Notes: generated from the sequence alone by a model not told the origin. 63,989 bases of DNA, filler included, from Phoronis australis (GCA_002633005.1; 9 parts of 9 records of this genome joined end to end with filler, not necessarily neighbours in it); one strand, 5' to 3'. Positions 23,001-35,860 are shown, counted from the whole stretch's first letter. Numbers and translations are program-made.

Positions 23001-23869
23001 AGAGACTGTGATAGGTTACGGATACGTCATAGAGTTTAAATTTGATGAATCGTAGCTTCCGATTTCACCCATTCTGCAGACCGGTTTTCAACTGCCTTAG
23101 GCTATAACAAGCGCCCCCTCCCCTAAAACGATTTTTTTCTTAGCGCCCAGGGCGCTTATTAGTGCGAATACGGGCACCAAGACTAGGTGATGATGCAATA
23201 TATTTTAGTTGCTCGTAAGGATTGTTGACAATTTTTGCTTGTTTACATTACCTATGAGAATGGCGGAAATGAAAACGCTGTAATTTGAATTTTAATGTTT
23301 GCATAATCCAGAAAATCAGAAATTGGTTTTAAACACACTTTTGCTGAAAGACTAGCACAATATGCCCACTCTTTCAAAATTGCCCAGGAGGTATGAACTA
23401 TTCCATGCAGCATTATTTAACTAGTCTTGGCTAATTATCATTTTATGGCCTGGTCATCCACTCAGCCAAAAGTAGTTCTAGGGGTGGCTTATCAGCCAAT
23501 TATTCACGCCTGCTGACTCACAAGAGTGAAGGTGGATAAACATGGTGTTCCTATAGTTTCTTGTTGTAGTGGATTTGTTCACCGCCTGAACACAAATTAA
23601 CTTTTAAGTCTTTTTATAATATTCAAAATGTACCAAGTTAAAACTACTCTCCACATTGCAAGCATTAACTCTGTGCAAATGCCACAGAAAACCAATTCGG
23701 GTGTAATAACAACCACTATTGTTAAGAAAGTAGTGCTAGCTATTACCTTCCACTTCATTAGCTCAGATCTACATCAATACAAAGGGGGTGTTGAATAGCC
23801 ATCCTAAAAGTTGTCTGGTGCTTAGGGAACCAGAGCAGTGACCAGTGTAATTAAGGGAGAAATTCTCCA

Positions 23870-24190
23870 CCTGATATCTTCCCATGCTATTTTGCAAGTG
23901 TCACGAGCCAGGTCCAAGCTTAGCTCAACCTCGCGCTAGGCTTTGCCTAACTCATGTGACTCAGTTGAAATATTTTGTGGTTATCGCGTGCGCTGTGAAA
24001 AAGTTAATGGTGACCAAAAAGTGGAGTTAGAAGCCTTCTCCAAAGTCACCTCATTTCTAGTAGATATGATTACTGAAGAAAATAAGCTCATTTTTAAGTG
24101 ATAGTTTTGAGTGTAGAATGTATTTTTGACTAGGTGAAAACTCAAAATCGGTGGTCGTATTTGGTCTACCGCCCGTTTAAAATACGCGGG
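23870..24190. repeat. Interspersed repeat family, copy
   Basis: Matches 54870-55270 (direct) and 40240-40653 plus 45254-45290 (inverted). Confidence 0.75.
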
Positions 24191-24194
24191 ATCA

Positions 24195-26573
24195 CAGGCG
24201 TCCTCAGCTTCAGATCCCCCAATACACCATATATAATACTACAAGGAATGACACTCCCGACCAGAAATTCCACGGGTTCTTCACTTCAGCCGTCCATCAA
24301 ACACTAAACTCAATATTACACAAAACAAGGTTTCAGCAAACCATTAATAATTGTTCTTTCTTCTAATACCATTCACGGTGTCCTGCTCTAGCGAGATCGC
24401 AACAAATTCGCGGCAAAGCACAAAAATTTCCCAAAAAGCCAACGCATCGAGGCTCCTTGGACGGTTCAAGGTCAAGGACGGTACGGCAATTGCCGATTCA
24501 TATCACTGTGTGTCACGGCATCGATAACTCCAAACCATTTCCTAACATTCCATTGTGAACCGGCAATTGCCGTCCATCTGTAACTCATCGGATAATTCCG
24601 TACCGTCCTTGACCTCGAACTGTCCAAGGAGGCTCGATGCGTTGGCTTTTTGGGAACATTTTTGTGCTAATTGACCGCGAATTTGTTGCAATCTCGCTAG
24701 AGCAGGACACCGTGAATGGTATTAGAAGAAAGAGCAATTGACCTATCGCCAGGATTATGACGGACGGCTTAATTGACCAATCAGAACAAAGCAATCTTGG
24801 CACACCTTCGTCTGCGTTTCCAAGCCGCCATTATACCCGACAAACCACACGTAGTCGAGTAAAACTTACTTTGGTCTATAGCTCAAGGAATTGTCCGCTA
24901 AGAATGGGGAAACGGTGTTGATATGGTGTGTGTAGCACCGAAAGCCGTTATGCTGCTCCAGAATAATATCCCGTCATTTTTTGGCATGTCCTAAGCCGAA
25001 AAATGATGTTGAAAAGCGTAAACTATGGATCAAGCTCAGGTACGGCCACACGAGCAGCTGAACTTAGCGCCAAATGTTTCTTGATAACTCGAAGGCTATA
25101 ATAAACACAAATTATTAGTTCCAAGATACGCACTTTTCAGCTTGGTGGCTATGGTGAAGGGCTATCTCAGGCTCCCGAGTTTCCTACGTCTGGCCGCCTT
25201 TGTCTCGACACCTGCTGGATCTCAGCACTCTAGCGGTAGAGTCCCCAGAAATTGTTGTTTTCAAGGACATTTTTATTTTATTTTTTTATTTATTTCAACC
25301 TAACAGAGGTACATTTTTGTTATTCATAAACCCGTAGGCTGGCGTTCAACTGAACTTCTCTCCCGGTCACAATTCAGAGATTCCATCGGCACAGGGAGGG
25401 CAACGGGATTACTGCCAGTAACTCAAAGCCTTGGTCGAGCTGTTGTCACTAAAAATAAACTGTTGAATTACTTTTTGACGTGTACCTCTAGTATACACTA
25501 TGTCTGTAGAGTTAGACAGAGCTCATTTTGAAGTTGTTCAAACATGATATGTAGATTTATGAAGCTTTAAAAAAGAATTTGAGTTATTTTTGTAAATACC
25601 CTCGTCCCTATTTTTGCAACTACCCCACCAGACTTGTAATCTTTTGTAACCATACCACGACTTAATGATCATGCTACCTTCAAAATTAAATGAAAGGTAC
25701 CTTTATAGAATGAAACTACAAAAAAATGCTAAGTTCGTAAGAAGGTAGGCCTAATTTAAACGGTCTTAATGGTGCAAACAGGCGGACAATTCCATAGGCG
25801 GATTTAGGGGGGGGAGGCAGGGCCCCCCGCAAGCAAAATGAAACAGCAAGAGCGTGAGGAAATATTGAGTTCAGTAACTAGGACCGGTAGCGGAAGAGGG
25901 GGGCTCAGACCCCAGATCGCAGCGGGATCGTGTTCCTGTTTTTTCTAGTCCACCGATAGATTTTCTGAACAGAAGGTCCAAAGGTCTGCATCCCCGGCCC
26001 CTGCAACTTTCGGGCCGCCTGTGTACATACAATTGCACTTTGCCCAATTCCACGAGGTAACATGTTGGACCCCCCTTGTGGTATCCTAGATCCGCCACTG
26101 AGTTCCAGACATTAACTTGACTTAGACACAACCCTAGACCTACCCGGCCGGAGCAAACTGTTTGGACGAGATGAATGTGTACATAAGCTATGAACCTGAA
26201 TTTTTTGATCAAAATATTTCGTTACAAGATTAGAAAAGCGTAAACAGTGCTGTCGAGTCGACCTAGTCAGAGACTATAGTTCATGTGTTGTCTGTAATCT
26301 ATGACCTACTTTACTCCAGGAGTCCCACCAGTTGTGACCTACTTTTTATTTGGCGAAATTTAGCAAGACGACAGAATAAAAATATCGGTGAATCTTCACT
26401 GATTTTATTCCAAAGATCATGAAATCTATGGAATCGTACAGATAATTCGACTTTAAGGTACATACCCAGCTTAACATGAACATATCGTATCAGTGGCCTT
26501 GTCATTTGTCAGGTGAAGGTGGCCCCGAGGCAGAGGGGATTTTCGTTGGCTCCTCGAGCCATTTTTTCATCGT
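24195..26573. mobile_element. Interspersed element containing a ~150-bp-arm hairpin
   Basis: Arms 24349-24496 and 24587-24739 are inverted. 24195-24385 matches 62138-62336 and 26195-26573 matches 62440-62830. Confidence 0.6.
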
Positions 26574-26673
26574 NNNNNNNNNNNNNNNNNNNNNNNNNNN
26601 NNNNNNNNNNNNNNNNNTTAATTAATTAANNNNNNNNNNNNNNNNNNNNNNNNNNNNNNNNNNNNNNNNNNNN
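26574..26673. other. Artificial contig linker N44-TTAATTAATTAA-N44 (also 29065-29164, 33586-33685, 39447-39546, 50886-50985, 55862-55961, 59967-60066, 62337-62436)
   Basis: Identical 100-bp spacer with stop codons in all six frames, occurring eight times. Confidence 0.97.
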
Positions 26674-27272
26674 CACTGACCAAGTTACACACCTGGAAAA
26701 AGTCTACAGAGATGGGAACAGCATTTTTGACCAATCCTTTACAACAAAAGTTGTCTCAAAATGTACTCGCACTTTATTACAACACCAGAGTTCAAACTCT
26801 GTTCCCATGGATCTGACTCAGAAACAGGGCAAACTGTATAGTTAGACATTACTCTGACGTGTTTTGTATGCACGAGAATGGCAAATGTATTGCACAGTGC
26901 TACTGGAAACTCAAAGTGTCAAGCAAGTGCAATGTCACCATTAACTTCTTATAGATAAAAGTGCCAAAAGCAGATCTATAAAATAAGTACATATCTGTGC
27001 CAAAGGGATGCTGAAACCAATTTGAATGTGCATGTATTTTAGAGATTCCATCGACTTACCCAGGTGGAGCACCAACAAAGTTTACCCACTTACTTTTATG
27101 GACCAGTGAGCCTACCATATTTTTTACTGATAATTTTGACAGTACCAAGAGCTTTCTCTGAACAAAATGTAACACGGAGAAGTGATCCTATTTCGCGACA
27201 CATACACTTAGCGCATTTGAGTATTCCACCCACAATTCCCTTTACTCCTAATCATAACGCCACTCACGTTTA

Positions 27273-27352
27273 CTATAGCAGATTACACCAGAAGGTTCCC
27301 ATCAAAACCCTCTATAGCAGATTACACCAGAAGGTTCCCATCAAAACCCTCT
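27273..27352. repeat. 39-bp tandem duplication
   Basis: ctatagcagattacaccagaaggttcccatcaaaaccct occurs twice in tandem. Confidence 0.9.
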
Positions 27353-27399
27353 CTTGCCAAGCTTGACCCAGTTACAAGCACGTCATCACACCTTTACAT

Positions 27400-27722
27400 C
27401 AATCACACTTAAAGAAACATCTTCCAGAATCCCTGATTAAAGCGACATATTCCAGAATGCCATGCCTGGTCATCATTCTCAGTGTTGCATGACTAGAGCA
27501 ATGTATTCCAGAATGTCTATGCTTTATTATCATCCTCAGTGTGTTCTGACTAAAGCAATGCATTCCAGAATGATTAAGCCTCATCAGCATTCTCAACGTG
27601 TCCTGATTATAGCAACTTATTACAAAATGTCTATGCCTCATCTAAATCATTCTAGGTGTCCCGATTAAAGCAACATGTTCCAGAATGTCTATGCTTCATC
27701 AGCATTCTCAATGTGTCCTAAA
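27400..27722. repeat. Degenerate ~57-bp minisatellite
   Basis: Recurring tccagaatg..atgc..catca.cattctc..tgt..tgattaaagc units, about 5-6 copies. Confidence 0.8.
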
Positions 27723-27866
27723 GGTGTCCTCATGGTCTATCTCGTCTGCATCTGAATCATCAGGCACAACGTTCACCTGGACAGTGCCATATGTTGCAGC
27801 AGCTGAACTGGCACCATTCTCTTCCACTTTATCACTGTCCACTTTAAGAATTGTTGGAACAAACGG
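27708..27866 (-). CDS. Putative terminal coding exon (PFVPTILKVDSDKVEENGASSAAATYGTVQVNVVPDDSDADEIDHEDTFRTH)
   Basis: atttccag| acceptor and an open acidic frame with a YGTV motif resembling a receptor cytoplasmic tail. A possible upstream exon at 28480-28423 has a gtaagt donor. Confidence 0.4.
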   Translation of the reverse strand, partial: PFVPTILKVDSDKVEENGASSAAATYGTVQVNVVPDDSDADEIDHEDTFRTH

Positions 27867-29765
27867 CTGGAAATTATGAATGAGAACATTTAGAACTAAA
27901 CAAAGCAATGTCCAGTTGCACTTATAAAGCATACAGGAATTGTGCGTCACCATTTACTATGAAATCATCGCACATAGTTCCTTAAACATTTTTAAGTCTG
28001 GTCAGCATGCCACCTGTGGCTACATCAGTTAAAATGTTTGATATACATTTCCACATCAGTTTAAAAATTACACATTTATATGCACATAATTTCTTTATAA
28101 AATCACTTGTGTCATAAATGTTTGTTGAAAACTTGTTTGTGTATAATACTTTTAAAACAGGATTTACATAATCAACAATTTTCCTGCAACACTGTTGATC
28201 AACAAACTACCTTCAACAAAGCTTCATTTCATCAATAAGTACAGTTCACACACCACACACACAATCAACATGATCATTGAAGGCAATGTTTACAACAAAT
28301 GACAAGATACTCTTATCACTATGAAGGAAAATGAGACTTTGGAGGTAAAATCATCATCACAAAATGGATGCTGCAGACATGATAGACATTGGTGTATTGC
28401 TGTAGACGGAATCAACACTTACAGTGAAGATTCTGCAGCTTGGAACAGTGGAAAATTGATTATTTTCCTCAAAGTCAGATCTGGCAATAGGCCATGTTGG
28501 CCAGCCCAAATACAGCAATTACGATTAGTGACAAACGATCATTCACTATGGTATTATACACTATGAGGCTATACGAAAATGTGACAGTGACTATTTTTAA
28601 GGATTTTATGAACTGCCAAGTCTATGTTTAGACAAAACGCATTGTGCACAACTTGAGAAATATGATGAACGACAAAATCACCATGTCCCAATCTTCAGAA
28701 TCAAGGAAATTCAATGTTGGCTTGAATTACAAATTTTAGAGACTGTTCCTAAGTGGAGAATATATAATTATACAAAGTGTTCTGAAGTGAGTTTATTTGG
28801 ACCAGTTATCATTGAGACATAAAAAATCTGGGTAAAATACCATTATGAACTATGGAAGTCAAGTTGTGGACATCACGCCACTTAGTGCACTGTACATTGG
28901 AAATTAGGTCAACGAGCTCGCGTATGTAATGTACTATTGTGGCAGCATTGTAATCTTGTGAACAGAGATTGCAGCAGTTCTGATGCATCTGATTCATTTT
29001 CAGATGGATTTTAGAGGGATTGACTTTCATGATGTGGAAATGGTATTTGTCTGTTACCTTTTGGNNNNNNNNNNNNNNNNNNNNNNNNNNNNNNNNNNNN
29101 NNNNNNNNTTAATTAATTAANNNNNNNNNNNNNNNNNNNNNNNNNNNNNNNNNNNNNNNNNNNNAATGGCGTAGCTAGGATTATAGCACGTCAAGGCAGA
29201 AGAACGGCTCTGTCTCTCCGCCATTACCTCCTTTCTGAACCCGTCTGTGTCACCTCCAGCCACGACAAATTTCGCGCCTCTCCCCCAGTCGTCACCATGC
29301 ATGTACCGCCCCCTTCTGCTGTACCGCCCACCTGTCGAGGTGTTGCTTGAGGCGAAGCCCCCCCCCAACCCCCATACCTACACTAGCAAATGTCAAACTT
29401 ACTCTATCAAACACGAACCAAATTCTCCATGATGGCGAAGTCGTAAGGCAGAACACACAATCGAATTGCATGGCTAAAACGTACCGTTAGGCGGCATTGT
29501 TGGGAGGTTGAGGGACGCGGTGGCAACTAAAAAATGAACTAGTGTTGTTGGGCGTAAATTTGTTAACGACGGAGCTTGACGAAATTGGGGATGATGCGGT
29601 GGGAGACAGAATTTGTAAGATAAGTCTTTAAGTACCAAAGCATACTTTTGTTCATGGATATGGATAAAAAGTGATTCCAGTTCTGGACGCTGCTATTAAA
29701 TCCGCCGGTAGCGACAGTCGCTACTGCTGCTCACATGAACGCGATGAAGTATCAAATATGGTTAC

Positions 29766-30065
29766 CTTCTACTGCAGTTTTGATCGTTACATCATCACTC
29801 CAAAGACCTGGTCCGGCACTAGTGTATGCTCGAACTCTTACAGCGTAGACACTATCCGGAGCAAGTCCTGTGATTGTCGTGGACAGGGCAGTGAAGTTAA
29901 CTGATCTACTGACACGTGCTGATGAACACGCGCATGCTCTGTTGAAGACCATGTACTCGTACGTTGTAATGTCGCCATGTCTTTCGTTGCAATCCAACTC
30001 AGTGACACCAACGTGCAAAATTCTTGGTCTTAGAGAATCCGCTGTGAACACTATTTTCCCAGGCA
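29766..30065 (-). CDS. Fibronectin type III domain exon (receptor PTP/Tie-like ectodomain)
   Basis: tttag| acceptor and G|gtaacc donor; 300 nt, phase 1-1; C..RHGDITTY..ITGLAPDSVYAVRVRAYTSAGPGLWS. Confidence 0.9.
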
Positions 30066-30267
30066 CTAAATTTGAGGAATAACGAAACCTCTTCTAGAAT
30101 TTTATTCATGTTGTAGGCATAGCTCCGACACAAGAGTATGCAAAGTAAATCGCGTGAACAATACTGGCAATTACGCAAATAAACTTGAAAATAAGAGATG
30201 AGTAAAAACAATAATTTATGGATAACGATTCACGTCAGCATAGCAGAAAATAAAACCGCACACGTAC

Positions 30268-30573
30268 CTCTCTCCTTTGTCGTTACCGTTACGTTCCTCG
30301 CTTCACCAAATAACGTATCACCTTTCGGCTTCACAGCTATCTTGTAAGTCGAATCTGCAAACACGTCTTTAATGGTAATATTTAAGGTACTTTTGTCGAC
30401 GAGCTTCCACTCTTCAGGAATTTGGAGGGTGTTGTTGCACTGACCACGTGACACGAGCTGATATCTCCAGTAGAAACCAGACAGTTGGCAACCGTCGTCT
30501 GCTAGAGTGGACCATGTTATCATTAAAGACTTTTCGTATTCTCTAGCTTGTAATAAAGGAACTGATGGAAGAC
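30268..30573 (-). CDS. Fibronectin type III domain exon
   Basis: ctttctag| acceptor and G|gtacgt donor; 306 nt, phase 1-1; SLMITW..GF..RYQL..GQC..ITIKDVFADSTYKIAV. Confidence 0.9.
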
Positions 30574-30659
30574 CTAGAAAGGAACACACATGCATTAAAG
30601 ATTTAGTACAGAGCCAAGAAGTATTGAAGTTGCTATTATCTCTTGTCTTTCAAAGAATG

Positions 30660-30675
30660 ATATATATGTGTGTGT

Positions 30676-30725
<50 letters not shown>

Positions 30726-30796
30726 TATATATATATATATATGTGTGTGTGTATATATATATGTGTGTGTGTGTATATATTATATATATGTGTGTG

Positions 30797-30833
<37 letters not shown>

Positions 30834-30862
30834 TTGTGTATATATATATATATATATATATA
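30660..30862. repeat. Compound (TG)n/(TA)n microsatellite
   Basis: Directly visible dinucleotide runs. Confidence 0.98.
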
Positions 30863-30900
30863 TCACTATAATTTGGCAGTAATCTTTCTCGTATACGTAT

Positions 30901-32157
30901 TTCGTTGAAGACACGACTTTGATCTGTTTGTAATGGTTTAATTTCAGTTCTTTCAAATTCTCTAAATAGAGATCTTGTCTTTACATCACAACAGTGCAAT
31001 AAAAATCCAAACGGCATCAGTAGGTAACATAACTTAAAAAGCGATATTTCGAGACACATATATCATCTTTAGGCTACTATTTACAACTAGTCGTTTGTCT
31101 CAAACGTTGAACAACATTATCAAGCACAAACATTTACTGGTAATGTTAAAAAAGTGTTCTACAAAAACTGCATGTCCTAAAGTTATGTCCAAGATGAACA
31201 AGTTCTAAAGAGCATAATCTATAATAATGTAAGAGTGGTTAGTCCTAATGACAAACTAGATGTAATTATTTATTACAAGAATATGAAGACCTCTAATTTA
31301 GTGATGAGAAACAATATTAGTCGTGAAAAGGTTTGCACTGTTGCTAGATGTAATGTTGTTTATGAGTTTACTTGTCCCGCGGTCGAATGTTTTCGTCCTC
31401 ATCAGAAACAAAATTACATTGGGCACACAGCGTGTTCCTTGTCGTGACGACTTTCAATGCATTTACAGAACGGTTCCATAAAAGACCATTTTCAAAAACG
31501 TTCATGGTCGCAAGATAACTCGTCAGGAGATTGTCGACAATACAGTCATTAGATATATTGAAAATGATGTACACAGGTTACGAACATTCAGAGTCGCTTC
31601 TAATAATGATTGGGCACACAGTGTGTTCCTTGTCACGGCGACTTTCAATGCATTTACAAAGCGGTTCCATAAAATATCATTTTCAAAACGTTCATGGTGG
31701 CAAGATAACTCGTCAGGAGATTGTCGACAATACAGTCATTAGATACACTGAAAATGATGTACATTAGAGTCGCTTCTAATAATGTTTGAAAAACCCAATT
31801 TGAACGAGCAGCTAACTGGAACTCGAAGGACTCTTTTGTTATTTCGGTGATTCATAGAATTATGGTGCACAGCAACGTATGTATATTTATATATGTTTTT
31901 ATCGTCATAGTTGCGCATGCCAACTTCACGTGCTGTATTGCATTTGTCATTTTTGATGTGCGTTTCACTGTGAACTAGTTGTAAATAGTAGCCTGAAGAT
32001 GAGATATGTGTCTCGAAATATCGCCTTTTAAAATATATTACCTACTGATGTCGTTTGGATTTTTGTTGCACTGTTGTGATGTATTTCTCTATTTAGAGAG
32101 TTGGAAAGAACTGAGATTAAACTAGTAAAAACATTTCAAAGTCGTGTTTTCAATGAA
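30901..32157 (+). mobile_element. Penelope-like retroelement remnant (GIY-YIG endonuclease) with inverted pseudo-LTRs
   Basis: NVVYEFTCP..C..NYIGHT..SLS*RLSMHLQNGSI..H..ESLLI..P.LNEQ at 31235-31850; 30901-31090 is the reverse complement of 31974-32157; internal ~190-bp duplication at 31419-31780. Confidence 0.85.
31985..32025 (+). ncRNA. Minimal hammerhead ribozyme in the Penelope pLTR
   Basis: CTGAAGA core (31993-99), stem II gaga-tatgtg-tctc, then GAAA (32015-18). The inverted copy at ~31041-31074 has a mutated core, CTAAAGA. Confidence 0.6.
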
Positions 32158-32559
32158 CTATGTCTATGTCTATGTATATGTTTATGTATATATGGGCTTA
32201 CTCATTGGCATCATTGCCGTAAAACCTTATTGTCGTGTGTTCCAGCTTGTTGTGATATGACGTCATATGTATGTCAAGTACGGTAGGCTACCTAAGAAAA
32301 TGTGAAATATGCAAGTTAAAGCACTGAACCGTTCAATTATATCAAAAGTTTGTCGGAAACATAGTTTTCTTGGTCTATTCTCGTGTCTTAGCTTCTGGAC
32401 TGTAAATAGTAATAGAAGCATTTCCCCGTGTTGATCACAGCACTGGAAAATAACGGTGGAAATTGTGCTGATTTGCAGAACTTGAGGAAAGGATTGTATC
32501 GCAAAAAGCAGATTTTACACTATGACCGGCAGCGACGGAGAGTTGAACGCTGCGTGCAG

Positions 32560-33585
32560 ACGATTGTCTCAGTAAAAACACATTTATGCTCGGAATACGT
32601 CCCGAAAGTAATAGGTGCGTCGCAAGCTCCGTTTCCAGAGATACAAAGGAGACCGTGTATAGGCGATATAAGGTCATTTATTATGACTGATAAGGTACAG
32701 AAATATGAGTGTACAAATAACATAAAGATAAAATAATAATCTCTGGAAAGATGGGCAATAAAAAAGCGCCACGAGAGATGCTGAAGACATCTCATGCCCA
32801 TCCGCAGGGACGCACCAAAAGAAAAGGGAGGAAAAGGAGGCATTGTGTAGATTCGCATACTTACAGAGGCTGGCAGCCGGATACCAAACCCTAACTCCAG
32901 GGGCCAAGTCTGGAGGGGGAGGTACGTTTACCCAAGTGCTGCAACAGCTGCCGGGTGTGAACTCACCCTGGTGTCGTGGCAGTAACGAACTGAACTATAG
33001 TAAGGCTAAAAATACAAACGTAATACATGGAAGACTGAACAAAACAATGAGACAAAGTGGCAAAGTGGTAAATAGGAAAAACAAGTTACGCGGAGTGAAA
33101 CGAAAGTACCATAAGTAAGATAAGGAAAGAGGTAAATTATGACCCCGTAAACGAACAACAGCACGAACTGAAAATGTTACAGAGGCGATGCAGGGCAAGC
33201 CCGAAACATAAGAGAAAGTACCTAAGATATGAAAAAAGAGAGGCTAACAGGAACTGAAGTACCAAGGTGACGAGATAAACAAAATAACAGTATAAATTAA
33301 CTGAGAAAGAAACTAACCCTAAGTAAACTGGAGAAATAATACAAAGTAACTAACAAGGACGGAGAGAAGCAATAAAATATGGCTAACAGATGACTGAGAG
33401 AAGTGGGTAAACTGAACAAAAACATAGGCTGAAAGCCGAATGAGTACAAACTAGGAACAACGTGGGGAAACTAAAAACACCCACGGAAGGTATTACAACA
33501 ACAGAAAAGCTAAGAAGAAATACCCTAGAATATAACCGGCAATACTAATGCCAGAGGGAGGGGATGGGGGAGGGATGGGAGAAGG
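32560..33585 (-). mobile_element. LINE (Tx1/L1-like) 3' UTR fragment
   Basis: 32620-32775 matches, in reverse, the 3' region 50070-50290 downstream of the Tx1-like ORF2 remnant. Confidence 0.5.
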
Positions 33586-33685
33586 NNNNNNNNNNNNNNN
33601 NNNNNNNNNNNNNNNNNNNNNNNNNNNNNTTAATTAATTAANNNNNNNNNNNNNNNNNNNNNNNNNNNNNNNNNNNNNNNNNNNN

Positions 33686-35860
33686 GCTAAGAATCGGCAC
33701 AGTAAATGGACCGGAAGTTTGCTACAAGTATGCCGGAAATTGTTTACTTCCGGTTAAAGATGGCGGAAATATCGGCGATTGCGCATGCGCACCTCGATTT
33801 TGGCCTAAAAACGTTTTCTCCTGTAGAGGGCGCATTATCAGACCAATTCCTTCGAATTTTTACAGGTATTAGTTTCTTGTGACATGCTATTATACAAAAC
33901 CAAAAAACCGGAAGTTGCTTTCAAGATGGCGGATCTGGCGCATGTTGAACCATTTTCAGTCGTGCTGGAGTGCGATTTTAAATGGGAAGAGAAAAAGATG
34001 TGATTTTTTGTATGTGGATTCTTTGAAGTATAATCTTTCAAATGGCCTGTAACAATTTTTTTCTCAGACTTACCGTTTTCGAGTTATTTGACTTTGAATT
34101 TCTTAAAAAAACTCAAAATTTCATTTTTTTCGAAAAAGTTACGGAATTAGGCAATACTATCAGTTTAGATAGAATTTTGAACGGGCTTTCAGAAGATGTT
34201 TTCCATTTTTCGCTAGGACGTCTACTTTTTGAGTTATTTGAGATTTTCTGATAACGCTGTTCCTTTGTTGAGAGCTCCCGCTGCATTGATGTTGGTTTAC
34301 CTTCTATGAACTAGACTGTAGCCCATTTCTTATTGATTTATGACATCTAAGTTCATCATATGAATATTGAGATGTTGTTCATCATCGCCACCACCATCAT
34401 CATATTCGTCATCATCTTCGTCATCATCTCCGTCGTTCTCTTTTCCGTTAATTTCGCCAAGTGTTGCTCAAGACTGTAGTCTTTTTCTTACTGATTTCGG
34501 ACTTCTACGTTCGTCATGTGTATGTTATTATTACTTCTTTTGTTCATCCTCGCCACCATCGTCGTCCTACTCGTCATCTTCGTCATCATCTTTATCGTCA
34601 TCTTTTTGGTTAATTTCGCCAAGGTTCGCTCCTCGGAGCACTTTCATTTTTTTGTTCGCTCTCTACAGGTCGCAATTTTCATCCGATTTTCACGAAATTT
34701 GCACACGACGTGTAGATCGGGAAGTACTAGAAAGCTATTGTTTTTGGTCATGATCGGATACAAAATGGCGGACGTGGCGGCCATTTTGTATCCGATTTCA
34801 CAGTCAAATGCTCGTAGAGGCCGCATTTTTTGACGTACATGGCTGAAAATCGGTACGATTATACTATAAGGCATGTGCTACAAGTCAGCAGAAAATTGTT
34901 GACGACTTCCAGTCAAAGATGGCGGAAATATTGGAAGTGGCGCATGCGCACCCCGAAATATGGCCAAAAACGTTTTCTCCTGTAGAGGGCGCATTTGCGA
35001 ACCAATCACTTTCAAACTGGTCACGTGTTTGTAGCTATTAATAAGCTTTTATAAAATTTTGTTTAACCGCAAGTCACTTTCAAGATGGCGGTTCTGGCGC
35101 ATGTTCACACGTTTTCAATCGTTCTGCGGTCGCGTTTTTAACGGGAAGAGCAAATGACTTGAATTTTTGCATGTGGATTCCTTGAAGTATGCTCTTTCAA
35201 AAAGTCTGCGAGAGCTTTTTTCTCAGACTTACCGTGTTCGAGTTATTTGACTTTGAATTTCAAAAAAAACGACAAAATTTCAATTTTTCCAAAAAGTTAT
35301 GGAATGTTGCGAAACTATTAATTAAGATAGATGGAATGTTGCGAAACTATCAATTAAGATAGAGTTTGGAACGGGCTTTCACAAGAAGTTTTCCATTTTT
35401 TGCTAGAACGTCTACTTTTCGAATTACTTGAGATTTTCTGATAGCCCTGTTCCTTTGTTGAGCGCTCTTACTGCATTGATATTGGTTTAGTTTATTTGAA
35501 CAAGACTGTAGCTTATTTCTTACTAATTTATGACATCTAAGTTTGTCGTATGAATGTTATCGTGTTGTTCATAATCTCCGCCTTCATCGTCATGATCGTC
35601 GTCGTTGTCCTCCTCATTGTCCTGTTTTCGCGTAATTTCACCAAGTGTCGCTCCTTCGAGCGCTCTTGCACTGTTACCAGTTTACTGGGTGCATGAACGA
35701 GACTGCAAGGTATTTCTTACTGATTTGTTCGCTAGTCACATGAATGTTATCGTGTTGTTCATAATATACGCCTTCATCGTCATGATCGTCGTCCTCCCCA
35801 TCGTCCTGGTTTCACGTAATTTCGCCAAGTGTCGCTCCTCCGAGCTCTCTCGTTCTTTCA
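33686..35860. repeat. Tandem array of ~1.15-kb units with (TCA/TCG)n tracts and small hairpins
   Basis: 33686-34640 aligns with 34840-35670; the motif aatttcgccaag..gctcctcggagc recurs at ~34612, 35635 and 35820. Confidence 0.75.

Noticed and set aside
25793-26100. hAT MITE with ggcggat.tag termini
   Set aside because: TIR-like ends are visible but no 8-bp TSD could be matched, so it was not called as a separate feature.
26618-26629. TTAATTAATTAA as a biological palindrome or piggyBac target site
   Set aside because: It is always centred in identical N padding; a synthetic spacer.
30507-31059. ORFs rich in C/V/Y/I or H/T
   Set aside because: They are translations of the dinucleotide microsatellite.
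31441-31450. In-frame TGA in the Penelope endonuclease as selenocysteine
   Set aside because: The duplicated copy at ~31635 has an Arg codon at this position and the element has other lesions; ordinary decay is the simpler explanation.
34367-34833. Ser-rich and hydrophobic ORFs resembling membrane proteins
   Set aside because: They derive from trinucleotide tracts inside a tandem repeat unit.
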